From Candidatus Micrarchaeota archaeon (GTDB taxonomy: Archaea; Micrarchaeota; Micrarchaeia; Micrarchaeales; CABMGC01), in contig JAJYJW010000001.1 in the NCBI GenBank assembly GCA_021789155.1, positions 1,473-65,472 of the forward strand: a stretch of 64,000 nucleotides of DNA, read 5' to 3'. Position 1 is the first letter of the stretch. Each line of letters begins with the position of its first letter. The position numbers and the translations under genes were made by a program. Shown piece by piece: positions 18,475-27,569 of the stretch. The notes below the pieces were generated by a model, which was not told the origin of the DNA, did not search any database, and saw nothing but the letters and a program-made list of their open reading frames with translations.

Positions 18475-20250
18475 TTGTGTGGTATAATAGGTTACTTTGG
18501 AAACAGAAAAGCAATGCCCGTAATATTGCAAGGACTGGAAAAACTAGAGTACAGGGGATATGATTCCGTAGGAACAGCTGCTTTAACCCAAAAAGGAATA
18601 GTGGTCAAAAAGGACATTGGAAAAGTAAATGAGGTAAATCGTAAACTTAACCTTTCCCTGCCAAATGCAAACGTTGCCATAGGGCATACCCGCTGGGCCA
18701 CGCATGGAAACGTAACCGCAGAAAATGCACATCCACACGTAGATTGCAATAGTGAAATTGCAGTAGTACACAACGGTATAATAGACAACTACGACGAACT
18801 CAGAGAAATGCTAACCGGAAATGGGCACAAATTCAGAAGCAATACAGATACGGAGGTTATCCCACACCTAATAGAAGAAGAATTGCATGAAACAAAAAGC
18901 TTGGAAGAAGCATGCATGCGCGCGGTGGGAAAACTCGATGGAACATTCGCGTTGTTAATCATACGTGATAATGAAAATAAGGTCATTGCGGTAAAGAAAG
19001 GTTCTCCTTTAGTAATTGGAATCGGAAACGAAGAAACTTTCGCGGCAAGCGACATACCTGCCTTCATGAAATACACCAAAAAAGTTGCATACCTATACGA
19101 TTATGATTTCGTTGTCTTGGGAAATGCCCCTGTGTTTTACAATGTCAAAAATGGAACCTTAGACAAAGTTGAAAGAAAGACAAGCGAGGTTGACTGGAAA
19201 TACGTAAACTCTGAAAAGAACGGATTTGAGCATTATATGCTAAAAGAGATATTGGAGCAGATCAACACCATACAGAGGGCGATACAGCAGGACTCTTCTC
19301 TTTTGGATAAGGCAACGGCCAGTATGGCTCATTCGAAAAACATAATACTTACTGGCTGTGGTACAAGTTATTATGCATGTCTAGCTGCGAAGGACGCATT
19401 GGCAAAGATTGCTGATTTGAACATACATGCGGTGCTTGCATCAGAATTCAAGGACCAGGTAAAGTTTGTGGATGAAAAAAGCGTGGTTGTGGCGTTATCC
19501 CAGAGCGGCGAAACCTATGACGTTTTAGAGACAATACGGCTAGCTAAGAATGCGCACGCGAAGGTAATATCTGTCACTAATGTTAGAGGTTCTAGTTTAG
19601 CACGAGAGTCAGATCTGGTCATACCTATGAATGCAGGCCCAGAGATAAGCGTTCTTTCTACTAAAACTTACACTGCACAGGTTGCGCTTCTCTCCTTGCT
19701 TGCATACAATCTGGCAGATAGACAAAACGATGGAAAAACAAACATGAACTATTTGTGGAACGTCATATACTATCTAACTGCAGAAGGGCAGAGAGACCTT
19801 ATGAAAAATCTTGCTGAAAAATTAAAAAATTCTACTGATATAGTATGTATTGGAAGAGGCCAACAGTATCCAACAGCATTGGAAACTGCGCTTAAGATAA
19901 AGGAGGTTAGCTACATACATGCAGAGGCGTTTGCGGGGGGTGAGATGAAACACGGCCCTATAGCGCTTATAGAAGAAGGCACTCCTTGCATAACCTTCGT
20001 ATCTGAAAGCACTGAAAAGGACATAATCTCTAATGCAATAGAGGCAAAGGCTAGAGGTGCATACATAGTAGGGGTATCTCCGAAGAAAAATGCAGTGTTC
20101 GACTTTTGGATAAAGGTTCCTGAATGCGGAAATGAAAACCCAATAGTACAGATAATACCCATGCAAATTCTAGCTTATCAACTTGCAGTACTGCGAGGAT
20201 TCGATCCCGACCATCCAAGATCGCTTGCAAAATCAGTAACGGTTAAATGA
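18475..20250 (+). CDS. glmS: glutamine--fructose-6-phosphate aminotransferase
   Basis: (M)CGIIGY Ntn nucleophile context, two SIS domains, C-terminal KSVTVK. TTG at 18475 chosen so that Cys is residue 2. Confidence 0.9.
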   Translation: MCGIIGYFGNRKAMPVILQGLEKLEYRGYDSVGTAALTQKGIVVKKDIGKVNEVNRKLNLSLPNANVAIGHTRWATHGNVTAENAHPHVDCNSEIAVVHNGIIDNYDELREMLTGNGHKFRSNTDTEVIPHLIEEELHETKSLEEACMRAVGKLDGTFALLIIRDNENKVIAVKKGSPLVIGIGNEETFAASDIPAFMKYTKKVAYLYDYDFVVLGNAPVFYNVKNGTLDKVERKTSEVDWKYVNSEKNGFEHYMLKEILEQINTIQRAIQQDSSLLDKATASMAHSKNIILTGCGTSYYACLAAKDALAKIADLNIHAVLASEFKDQVKFVDEKSVVVALSQSGETYDVLETIRLAKNAHAKVISVTNVRGSSLARESDLVIPMNAGPEISVLSTKTYTAQVALLSLLAYNLADRQNDGKTNMNYLWNVIYYLTAEGQRDLMKNLAEKLKNSTDIVCIGRGQQYPTALETALKIKEVSYIHAEAFAGGEMKHGPIALIEEGTPCITFVSESTEKDIISNAIEAKARGAYIVGVSPKKNAVFDFWIKVPECGNENPIVQIIPMQILAYQLAVLRGFDPDHPRSLAKSVTVK

Positions 20251-20297
20251 GTGCTAACTAGTTTATAACTTTGCTGTGAATCTTCTCTGTGGTAAGC

Positions 20298-21620
20298 ATG
20301 GCAAGCAAGAAGAGAATAGTCATAATTGGGGCTGCTGGACGCGATTTTCATAATTTCAACATGCTTTTCAGAGATAATCCAGATTACGAAGTGGTGGCAT
20401 TTACTGCTGCCCAGATACCGTTCATAGAAAAAAGGACGTTTCCCAAGGAGCTTGCAGGCAAGTTGTACAAAGCAGACATTCCCATTTACAGTGAGGAACG
20501 CCTTCGGAGCATAATAAACAAGGAAAAAATCGACGCGTGCATCATGTCTTACAGCGACCTTAAGGAAAGCGACGTTATGCACAAAGCAAGTCTGGTCAAC
20601 GCAGCTGGTGCAGATTTCGAATTAGTAGCGCCGGAGCACACCATGCTGAAATCGACAAAACCGGTGATAGCAGTATGCGCAGTTAGAACTGGTTGCGGAA
20701 AGAGTCAGGTTTCAAGATACATTGCTATGCTCCTCAAGAAAAAAGGCAAAACCCCTATTGTTATACGTCATCCGATGCCTTATGGGGATCTCGTAAAACA
20801 GAATGTGCAGCGCTTCGCCACCCTGAAAGATCTAGATAAACACAAGACAACGATAGAGGAAAGAGAGGATTACGAACCGCATATCCGTGCAGGGACTGTG
20901 GTATACGCGGGAGTCGATTATGGAAAGATCCTCAAAGAAGCTGAGAAGGAAGCAGACGTAATAATATGGGATGGTGGGAATAATGATGCACCTTTCATCA
21001 AACCAGACCTTTTCATAACAGTAGCTGACCCGTTAAGAACTGGAGACGAACTTAACTACTATCCTGGAGAAACGGTTGCGCGTATGGCAGATATGATAAT
21101 AGTAAACAAGGCGAATTCTGCTAGCCAAAAGGAGATAGACACCTTGCTTTACAATCTGAGGGAAATAAATGCTGACGCAAACATAGTACTCGCGAATTCT
21201 GCGATTAGCGTTGACAGCCCATCCCTGATAAAAGGAAAGAGCGTCGTGGTTGTAGAAGACGGCCCTACAGTAACCCATGGAAACATGAAATTCGGAGCTG
21301 CAACTGTGGCAGTAAAGAAATACGGAGCGAAAAGCGTAGTAGAGCCAGTCAAACTCGCTGTTGGCATAATAAAAGACGTCTACAAGAAATACGCTCATCT
21401 TAGCAAGATAGTACCTGCAGTTGGCTATTCTCCAAAAGAGGTTAACGACCTCAGAAATACGCTGAATAGGATAGACTGCGATTCAATCGTGTCTGCAACC
21501 CCGACAGATTTGACCCGCATAATGGAGCTGAATAAACCAGTAGTACGCGTATATTACGAATTAGAAGAACGCGACAATAAACTAACGAATGCGATAAACG
21601 CGTTCGTGAAGAAAAATTGA
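20298..21620 (+). CDS. COG2403-type P-loop protein (predicted GTPase / cyclic 2,3-diphosphoglycerate synthetase-like)
   Basis: KRIVIIGAAGRDFHNFN N-terminus and central AVRTGCGKSQV P-loop, recalled from this family; ~440 aa. Confidence 0.5.
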   Translation: MASKKRIVIIGAAGRDFHNFNMLFRDNPDYEVVAFTAAQIPFIEKRTFPKELAGKLYKADIPIYSEERLRSIINKEKIDACIMSYSDLKESDVMHKASLVNAAGADFELVAPEHTMLKSTKPVIAVCAVRTGCGKSQVSRYIAMLLKKKGKTPIVIRHPMPYGDLVKQNVQRFATLKDLDKHKTTIEEREDYEPHIRAGTVVYAGVDYGKILKEAEKEADVIIWDGGNNDAPFIKPDLFITVADPLRTGDELNYYPGETVARMADMIIVNKANSASQKEIDTLLYNLREINADANIVLANSAISVDSPSLIKGKSVVVVEDGPTVTHGNMKFGAATVAVKKYGAKSVVEPVKLAVGIIKDVYKKYAHLSKIVPAVGYSPKEVNDLRNTLNRIDCDSIVSATPTDLTRIMELNKPVVRVYYELEERDNKLTNAINAFVKKN

Positions 21621-21690
21621 CATTTACTTGGTTCAATTACGCATAAAGATGGAATTTTAAGCCTTGCCTTCGTGATTAAAACGTGTTGGA

Positions 21691-21852
21691 ATGGATGCAA
21701 GAGTAAAACATAATCTGGGAATACTGGCTGGAATTGCGATACTGCTGCTTGATGCTTATTGGACTTATATTGCATGGAGCAATCCAGTACCGCAAATGCT
21801 CGGAATACTGATATTCGTAGCTGCTATAGTATGGTTGTGGGCAGACATGTAA
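21691..21852 (+). CDS. small two-TM membrane protein (53 aa), not in ORF track
   Basis: ATG..TAA ORF MDARVKHNLGILAGIAILLLDAYWTYIAWSNPVPQMLGILIFVAAIVWLWADM, hand-translated. Two hydrophobic helices. Sits in an otherwise empty 324-nt gap. Confidence 0.35.
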   Translation: MDARVKHNLGILAGIAILLLDAYWTYIAWSNPVPQMLGILIFVAAIVWLWADM

Positions 21853-21914
21853 TTTCAAGTTTGAAAAATAATTCTTGTTTGTATTTTAGCGAGTTTATTT
21901 TATTTTAGTATATA

Positions 21915-21922
21915 TTTATATA
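21915..21922 (+). promoter_or_regulatory. TATA-box candidate for the pilus operon (leaderless-type spacing)
   Basis: TTTATATA centred ~27 nt upstream of ATG 21945 in a strongly AT-rich 90-nt gap. Confidence 0.4.
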
Positions 21923-21944
21923 CTTTAGTAAACATAACAAGTAC

Positions 21945-23447
21945 ATGCTAAAGCAGATATTCGAAAAGCTTACTTTAAATAAACGCGCTTTGCCTAGCAG
22001 AGCGAAACTTGGAATTGGGATAGAACAACTACATGGAGAACAGATAGAGGAAATAACAGGAAACATCCCGAAAACCATAGTAAAACGCTTCGGCAGGATG
22101 TTTTACGCTGTGAGAGGCGACTATGTCTCCGCAAATAATACGGAAGAAACTATTCTGGAGGAAGTAAAATTCTCAGCGATAGAACATTTCTCTGAAAGGA
22201 CACATATAGGAATTGAAGAATTGAAAGACGTGAGAGATTACGTCTTGACGCTGCTTTTACAGCGCTTTGCTGCGGATAGGGCTTCGAAACTTTCGTGGCT
22301 AATAGCATATGATCTAGTTGGCTTTGGCCCTTTAGGTATACTGCTCGATAATGCGAATGATCTTGAAGAGATAGAAGTCAATTCGCCAACTTCCAGAATT
22401 TTCGTGGTTCATGCAAAATTCGGAAGATGCGAGACCAATTTAAGATTCGTTGATGAAGCGAATTTCACCCGAAACATCAATGCATTCATTGAAGAGTGCG
22501 GAAAGGAACTCAACGATAATAATCCAATAGTCGATGCGCAAGTTAATATGTCGAGAGTGCATGCGCAGTTGAAACCCTATGCTGCAAGGGGCGCATGCGC
22601 AACCATAAGGATAGGCAATAAGACCGAGATTAATGCGTGTACGATAGCGGACCAAGGCACTGCGAGCTACAGAATGCTTGCGTACTTGTGGATGGCAGTA
22701 GAGTGCAAAATGAACGTCGTGATAGCCGGAGCTCCTGCAAGCGGCAAGACTACTCTGCTAGGGGTTATGCTTGGGTTCGTGCCAAAGTACAGGAAAATAA
22801 TAACCGTTGAAGAAGAAGTTGGAGAATTCAACATGTATGGCAACGCGCAAAGCTTCATACCCCTATATGGCAAGAAGGGGCTCAACCGCATAGGGGTTAA
22901 AGAACAGGTGATAAATGCGTTGAGGATGAGGCCTGATGTGTTGGTTCTGGGAGAACTACGTGCGGAAGAGGCGCGAGAGGCTTTTGCTGCATGCAACGTC
23001 GGCATAGAATTCCTCACCACTATACACTCAAACGAAGACGCGAATAGCATATTGCGTAGGTTAAGCTTGCGCCCGATGAACGTTGATCCTGCGGCTCTGC
23101 AGGCCATTGATCTCGCAATTTACATGAAAATTAACGACAGAGGAAATAGAGTTTTGCATGGGTTGCACGAACTTCGTTGGCTAAGTAAGGCCGAAATACT
23201 CGATCCAGAGATTTTGGTGGGAGACAATTCCCTATCAGTAACTAACATGATCTACAACAGCACGTGGAATCGAGAGTGCGAGGCGAAAAGCAAGGTGATA
23301 GAAAGATTTTCGCAGCTCAATAAAATTGACCTAAACAAGAGCATTGAGGAACTTGACAAAAGGGAAGCATATCTGAAATCGTGCGCGCCTTACGCCAGAG
23401 ACACTCTCGCAGTTATAGACAAGCTGGCCACTTATGGGATTTCATGA
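21945..23447 (+). CDS. type IV filament assembly ATPase (FlaI/ArlI/PilB/TadA-like, T2SSE family)
   Basis: Walker A VIAGAPASGKTTLLG, Walker B/Asp box PDVLVLGELRAEEA, His box FLTTIHSN; 500 aa. Confidence 0.85.
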   Translation: MLKQIFEKLTLNKRALPSRAKLGIGIEQLHGEQIEEITGNIPKTIVKRFGRMFYAVRGDYVSANNTEETILEEVKFSAIEHFSERTHIGIEELKDVRDYVLTLLLQRFAADRASKLSWLIAYDLVGFGPLGILLDNANDLEEIEVNSPTSRIFVVHAKFGRCETNLRFVDEANFTRNINAFIEECGKELNDNNPIVDAQVNMSRVHAQLKPYAARGACATIRIGNKTEINACTIADQGTASYRMLAYLWMAVECKMNVVIAGAPASGKTTLLGVMLGFVPKYRKIITVEEEVGEFNMYGNAQSFIPLYGKKGLNRIGVKEQVINALRMRPDVLVLGELRAEEAREAFAACNVGIEFLTTIHSNEDANSILRRLSLRPMNVDPAALQAIDLAIYMKINDRGNRVLHGLHELRWLSKAEILDPEILVGDNSLSVTNMIYNSTWNRECEAKSKVIERFSQLNKIDLNKSIEELDKREAYLKSCAPYARDTLAVIDKLATYGIS

Positions 23448-24091
23448 AAATTGCTTATTTCATATCTGCAACGATGCTAGGGATTGTTTGCGGCGTCATA
23501 TTGGCATACAGCAACTCGGCAAACGATATTTACCACGCGTTGCCATTTCTTGTAGAAGGATTGCTCATTGCGGCAGTGATAGAACGATGCAGGGAATTAC
23601 TTTCCGATTCAAAACAGAGGGATAGTCGCAAACGCGATATGGAACGGGCAATTGAGTGCATGGAAGAAATGAGAACTAAAGGCTCCTCAATTGCAGGTGC
23701 CCTCGATAGTATTTTGGGGCTTGTATACGATATTTCTGTAATTGGAGACCTTCGAAAGGAGCTGACAAGACGCAAACTGGGGAAAACTATTTCCGCACCT
23801 TACTTAAATAAACAAAATTTGGAAAGTGTCGAAAATAGGATAAAGGAGAGCGCGAGCAACGCCGCTATTTCTACAGCAAAGACATTGCACACCCTGCAGA
23901 ATGTCTCCACCTTGAACATGTTCATAGCGAGCATCATACCTTCGTTCATCGTATTCGGCTTTGTATCTGAAACCGTTTTGGTTGGAGGAACCTTTAATTA
24001 TGGCGCATTTGCTGAGGCGCTCGTGATATTCGTGCCTTTGGCGTATTTGTTTCCCAAATTCTATCTTTCGAGGAAATTACTTGAGATTTGA
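23444..24091 (+). CDS. putative filament platform membrane protein, half 1 (T2SSF/TadB-like)
   Basis: ATGA overlap with the ATPase stop. Topology is TM-TM, helical cytoplasmic segment (..KGSSIAGALDSIL..), TM-TM. Position directly after the ATPase. Confidence 0.5.
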   Translation: MKIAYFISATMLGIVCGVILAYSNSANDIYHALPFLVEGLLIAAVIERCRELLSDSKQRDSRKRDMERAIECMEEMRTKGSSIAGALDSILGLVYDISVIGDLRKELTRRKLGKTISAPYLNKQNLESVENRIKESASNAAISTAKTLHTLQNVSTLNMFIASIIPSFIVFGFVSETVLVGGTFNYGAFAEALVIFVPLAYLFPKFYLSRKLLEI

Positions 24092-24809
24092 AACCTATCT
24101 GAGCATAATTGCAACTGCGCTTTCGGCATTGGCCTATTTCTTGTTAGGCCCAGACTGGGCGCTTGCTGCAATAGTTTTATACTACCTCTTTATTGCCATC
24201 TTGGCCCGCAGGAAAACTAATGGAGGGGAGATATTGATTAGCGGAGAGGCAGCAAGGATTTATAGGGAAACGCATTCCGCAAGATACACTCTTAAAGGGA
24301 TATCGCATTTGTCCCAGATATTCCCACGAATATCGTATAGAATACGAATTGGGTCACGGGCCAAAGAGAAACAATCTAATTCGCCCATACGAAAAGTTGC
24401 AGATATCTTGGAGTGGGGCGCTGAAAAAGGCATAGATATTCAATATGCGCTTGACAAGGTGCTTGCAGACGCTTTGAAAGACAGGAAGAAAGCCGAACTT
24501 GTGTCTGATAGAGTACTAGGAATGGAAAGACTTTCGGTTATTGGAATGAGCGTATTCTTTCCCCTGTTCGCTGGCACATGTGCGAGCATACTTTATGGAT
24601 CTACTTCCGGAACGATGGTGCAGACCATGATAAGCCCTCTGTTCAACCTGGTCATATGCATGTCAGTATGGGAAATTGCAACTATAAAACGAATCATGGA
24701 AGATCCTGAGGGCAATATTCTAGAAGGCGCAGCCGAAAGTTCACCTGCTGCAATGCTGGCGCTGTTTGTCACGCTTATGGCGCAGGCTTATTCTGCTTAT
24801 GTTATGTGA
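24081..24809 (+). CDS. putative filament platform membrane protein, half 2 (T2SSF/TadC-like)
   Basis: Same TM-TM / cytoplasmic (..EKGIDIQYALDKVL..) / TM layout. TTG start overlaps the upstream stop by 11 nt. Confidence 0.45.
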   Translation: MRFETYLSIIATALSALAYFLLGPDWALAAIVLYYLFIAILARRKTNGGEILISGEAARIYRETHSARYTLKGISHLSQIFPRISYRIRIGSRAKEKQSNSPIRKVADILEWGAEKGIDIQYALDKVLADALKDRKKAELVSDRVLGMERLSVIGMSVFFPLFAGTCASILYGSTSGTMVQTMISPLFNLVICMSVWEIATIKRIMEDPEGNILEGAAESSPAAMLALFVTLMAQAYSAYVM

Positions 24810-25054
24810 GTGATTTGATGTGTGATATATGCAATCTAAAAGCCGCATTTTTGGTAGCAAAGAGCTGCAGACTACAGGGTTCAATGGAATACATAATGAT
24901 GCTCGCGGCTGCGAGCTTGGTTATCGTATTGGCAGTGACGATGGTCGTCAAGATGAAGCAGGCAGTGGTTCATAACATTACTATAGGGAATAACAGTATG
25001 AGCATAGCTCAGGCGATATCGAGCCAGCTGCAAAGCATATCAAACATGTCGTGA
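24806..25054 (+). CDS. small pilin-like protein (candidate major pilin; mature ~57 aa)
   Basis: ..KSCRLQG|SMEYIMMLAAASLVIVLAV.. class III signal-like. Alternative TTG start at 24851 would give a short basic leader. Sequons NIT, NNS, NMS. Confidence 0.55.
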   Translation: MSDLMCDICNLKAAFLVAKSCRLQGSMEYIMMLAAASLVIVLAVTMVVKMKQAVVHNITIGNNSMSIAQAISSQLQSISNMS

Positions 25055-25058
25055 ACAC

Positions 25059-25433
25059 ATGAAAATACAAACGTCGTTCGAATTCATGATATACCTAATG
25101 CTGTCTGCTGTGGCTTTAATGATAAGCATGCGGTCAATTAACAGCGCAATAGCGCAGTTTTACGGGGTTTTGTCTAATTCTGAGATGAATAATCTCGTCT
25201 CCAAAATAAATTATGCTGCGTTATCATATACTAGCATGAGTTTTGATGCGTACCTGCCTGATGGAGTATGCAATGCCAAAATCAACAACAGTCAACTGTC
25301 AACAGAATACGGGAATTTCACATTAGGACACGATGTAAAGCTGCAAAATGCGACTTTATGCCCTGACAAAACTGAAGCACGTTTCGACATAATCGATAGC
25401 AATGGTTTTTTTGTAGTTTCAAGAGTGAGGTAA
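25059..25433 (+). CDS. pilin-like protein (124 aa)
   Basis: MKIQ|TSFEFMIYLMLSAVALMISM N-terminus (K-I-Q-T-S-x-E-F followed by a hydrophobic helix). Confidence 0.55.
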   Translation: MKIQTSFEFMIYLMLSAVALMISMRSINSAIAQFYGVLSNSEMNNLVSKINYAALSYTSMSFDAYLPDGVCNAKINNSQLSTEYGNFTLGHDVKLQNATLCPDKTEARFDIIDSNGFFVVSRVR

Positions 25434-25592
25434 ATGCTTGCGCAGATCAGCTTTGAAGTCATAATCGGATTGGTTGCGATGTCGTTATTCCTGCTTTTCG
25501 TAATAATGTTAATACACGCATTGTCTCACGAATACGTTGAAGCGCGAAACATTTCTTATGTTATCCAAATCTATGCTGAGTTTTATGCGTAA
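25434..25592 (+). CDS. very small pilin-like protein (52 aa), not in ORF track
   Basis: ATG immediately after the TAA of the upstream gene. MLAQISFEVIIGLVAMSLFLLFVIMLIHAL... (Q-I-S-F-E followed by a hydrophobic helix), hand-translated. Confidence 0.4.
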   Translation: MLAQISFEVIIGLVAMSLFLLFVIMLIHALSHEYVEARNISYVIQIYAEFYA

Positions 25593-25938
25593 CTCCAAAT
25601 GTAATATATCCTTAGAGTTGATGGTTCTTCTGATGGTTGGGGTAGCATGCAGTACAAGCATAATGATTGGCTTCCGTCAGTTATCCGGAGTTTACGCCAA
25701 AAGCATGAAATTCGTATCCAACTACGAAATGGCTTATAACATATCATCTGCTCTGATATCTGTGCTATCATCAGAAGGTAGTTGCATCCGCACTAATTCC
25801 ACTCAGCATTCCATTTTTCAATATTATGTGGTTTGTGACGTAACCAGAACATGCGGTCCTGGGGAAATATGTCGCATATTTACATATGGAGATGGTGAAG
25901 ACGCTTTATTGGTGGTGAAATATGAGAATACAGACTAG
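25585..25938 (+). CDS. pilin-like protein (start ambiguous: 25537 TTG, 25573 ATG or 25585 ATG)
   Basis: MRNSKCNISLELMVLLMVGVACSTSIMIGF is a basic leader, S-L-E-L and a hydrophobic helix. ATG 25585 overlaps the upstream stop (ATGCGTAA). Confidence 0.5.
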   Translation: MRNSKCNISLELMVLLMVGVACSTSIMIGFRQLSGVYAKSMKFVSNYEMAYNISSALISVLSSEGSCIRTNSTQHSIFQYYVVCDVTRTCGPGEICRIFTYGDGEDALLVVKYENTD

Positions 25939-27199
25939 CATAGAGTTCATATCTATGCTCGCTTTGGTAACAGTAGTGGCATTGATTGGCATATCGCAGT
26001 TCAAAACTAGCATGACATTCGCGAAAAATTCTATTGATGTGGCATACTCAATGAATGTATCTGCATTGAAAAGCAACATGAGTTATGGAAGCGTTCGCGT
26101 GTTCGCGGCTATCCAGAATGCAACCCTGCTAAACTACAGCTATATTGCCCAGATTGGAGTTACTGGATGTGACAATGGCAGCGTGCGTGCAGAATATTTG
26201 GGCAACGGGATACGGTTGAAGGAAAGAAACGCAAGTTTCGAATTCAAATACGCGGCAACACACCCCATTCAATTTACGCCCATAACCCGAGGCTCTGATT
26301 GGATTAACGTATCCTATTTTTGGAAATGCGAAAACCAAAGTGGTAGTGGTTTACTATCCCTTAACACTTTTGCGTATGCCGAAAACAAAAACGGCTATTC
26401 GCAGTTTCTACAGGCAGGATACTCCAATGGCGATTATTTCACCATATATTCCAGAAAGGAGAGCGAGGTGTTCTCCCTTCATTCTCTGGGCGATGCAACG
26501 CGATTCTACATTTTCAGCCATTGTACGTATGCAAGCATGTTCGGTCCTACGCCGATAGACAGGCAATGCGGAACCTTAAACGCATGGATGTATTCCGTTT
26601 TTTCCTCTAATTGTCAAACTACCAGCAATTTCTATACGGAAACGTATTGCATATTGCCTAAGGATTCCGGCTATAACTACGGAATCGTAGACCAGTTTTC
26701 TGGGATATCGAACTACTCTTTCGCACTTCACCTGCATTATTCCAATAAGGATTACACCGCAAATGTTACCGGACGGGGAAATTCCGCGAAGTTCACTGGA
26801 AATCTACCTGGAAAGCCAAGTATGAACTATAGCGCATCAAGCGTCTCAGTAGGAAACGTTGCATATTCACGAAATACCAGTTCGGGGAACGAAAGAATAG
26901 CTAACTACTCCTTGCTACTCAACTACATGCAGCATGGAAGTTCGGTTCTGGATATGCTCTCTTATTATAACAACTCTTTTTTGATTCCACAGGAACAGCA
27001 GGCGTTGCAAGAACAACTTCTTGCGTATTCAAATGCGATGTCGGCATTTTTGAATTCCTCTGGGGAAAATGGAAAATGTACAGTACAGAATGCGAGCTAC
27101 TCATGTGCAAGCCCTCAGATAGATTATATCATAGTAGACAACGCTAGCGGAAATGCCGAGAATCTTTCCTATGCTGGCTCTTTGATGAGATTAGGGTGA
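25922..27199 (+). CDS. large pilin-like, sequon-dense secreted protein (425 aa)
   Basis: MRIQ|TSIEFISMLALVTVVALIGI N-terminus. About 18 N-x-S/T sequons by manual count. Overlaps the upstream gene by 17 nt. Confidence 0.6.
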   Translation: MRIQTSIEFISMLALVTVVALIGISQFKTSMTFAKNSIDVAYSMNVSALKSNMSYGSVRVFAAIQNATLLNYSYIAQIGVTGCDNGSVRAEYLGNGIRLKERNASFEFKYAATHPIQFTPITRGSDWINVSYFWKCENQSGSGLLSLNTFAYAENKNGYSQFLQAGYSNGDYFTIYSRKESEVFSLHSLGDATRFYIFSHCTYASMFGPTPIDRQCGTLNAWMYSVFSSNCQTTSNFYTETYCILPKDSGYNYGIVDQFSGISNYSFALHLHYSNKDYTANVTGRGNSAKFTGNLPGKPSMNYSASSVSVGNVAYSRNTSSGNERIANYSLLLNYMQHGSSVLDMLSYYNNSFLIPQEQQALQEQLLAYSNAMSAFLNSSGENGKCTVQNASYSCASPQIDYIIVDNASGNAENLSYAGSLMRLG

Positions 27200-27200
27200 C

Positions 27201-27569
27201 GTGTTGCAAGTGATATACGCCATAGAAACTGCGTTGGTCATTGCCATAACATTAATCTGCATATTGACAATGCTCTATTACTCTGTTATGATAAGGAACA
27301 ATTCTGCGTACGCTGTTAGAAGATTGCACGTTTCGATGGAGCTTGAGGACATTTCTAATTTGTTTGTTAAGAACATGTCCGCAAAAGAATGCTCTTACAG
27401 AATATATTTGGGAAATGGAACGTGCGCGTCGTCATACTTGGGTTATGTTAATCGGAGTTACGGCAGTGAAATAAGCATAAGCGACACCGCGGCAAGTGGG
27501 GATTATTTGTGTTTTGCTGATGTGTACAACGGCATTTATTTTGTGCCCTGTGTTTCTGTGGTTAGATGA
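27201..27569 (+). CDS. pilin-like/TadE-like protein (122 aa)
   Basis: GTG start 1 nt after the upstream stop. N-terminus MLQVIYAIETALVIAITLICIL resembles the TadE-type motif (..E-x-A-L-V..). Confidence 0.45.
   Translation: MLQVIYAIETALVIAITLICILTMLYYSVMIRNNSAYAVRRLHVSMELEDISNLFVKNMSAKECSYRIYLGNGTCASSYLGYVNRSYGSEISISDTAASGDYLCFADVYNGIYFVPCVSVVR

Noticed and set aside
21691-21852. The prepilin peptidase hidden in the gap before the pilus operon.
   Set aside because: The only ORF there is a 53-aa two-TM peptide, far too small for a PibD/FlaK-type aspartyl peptidase and lacking the paired Asp motifs.
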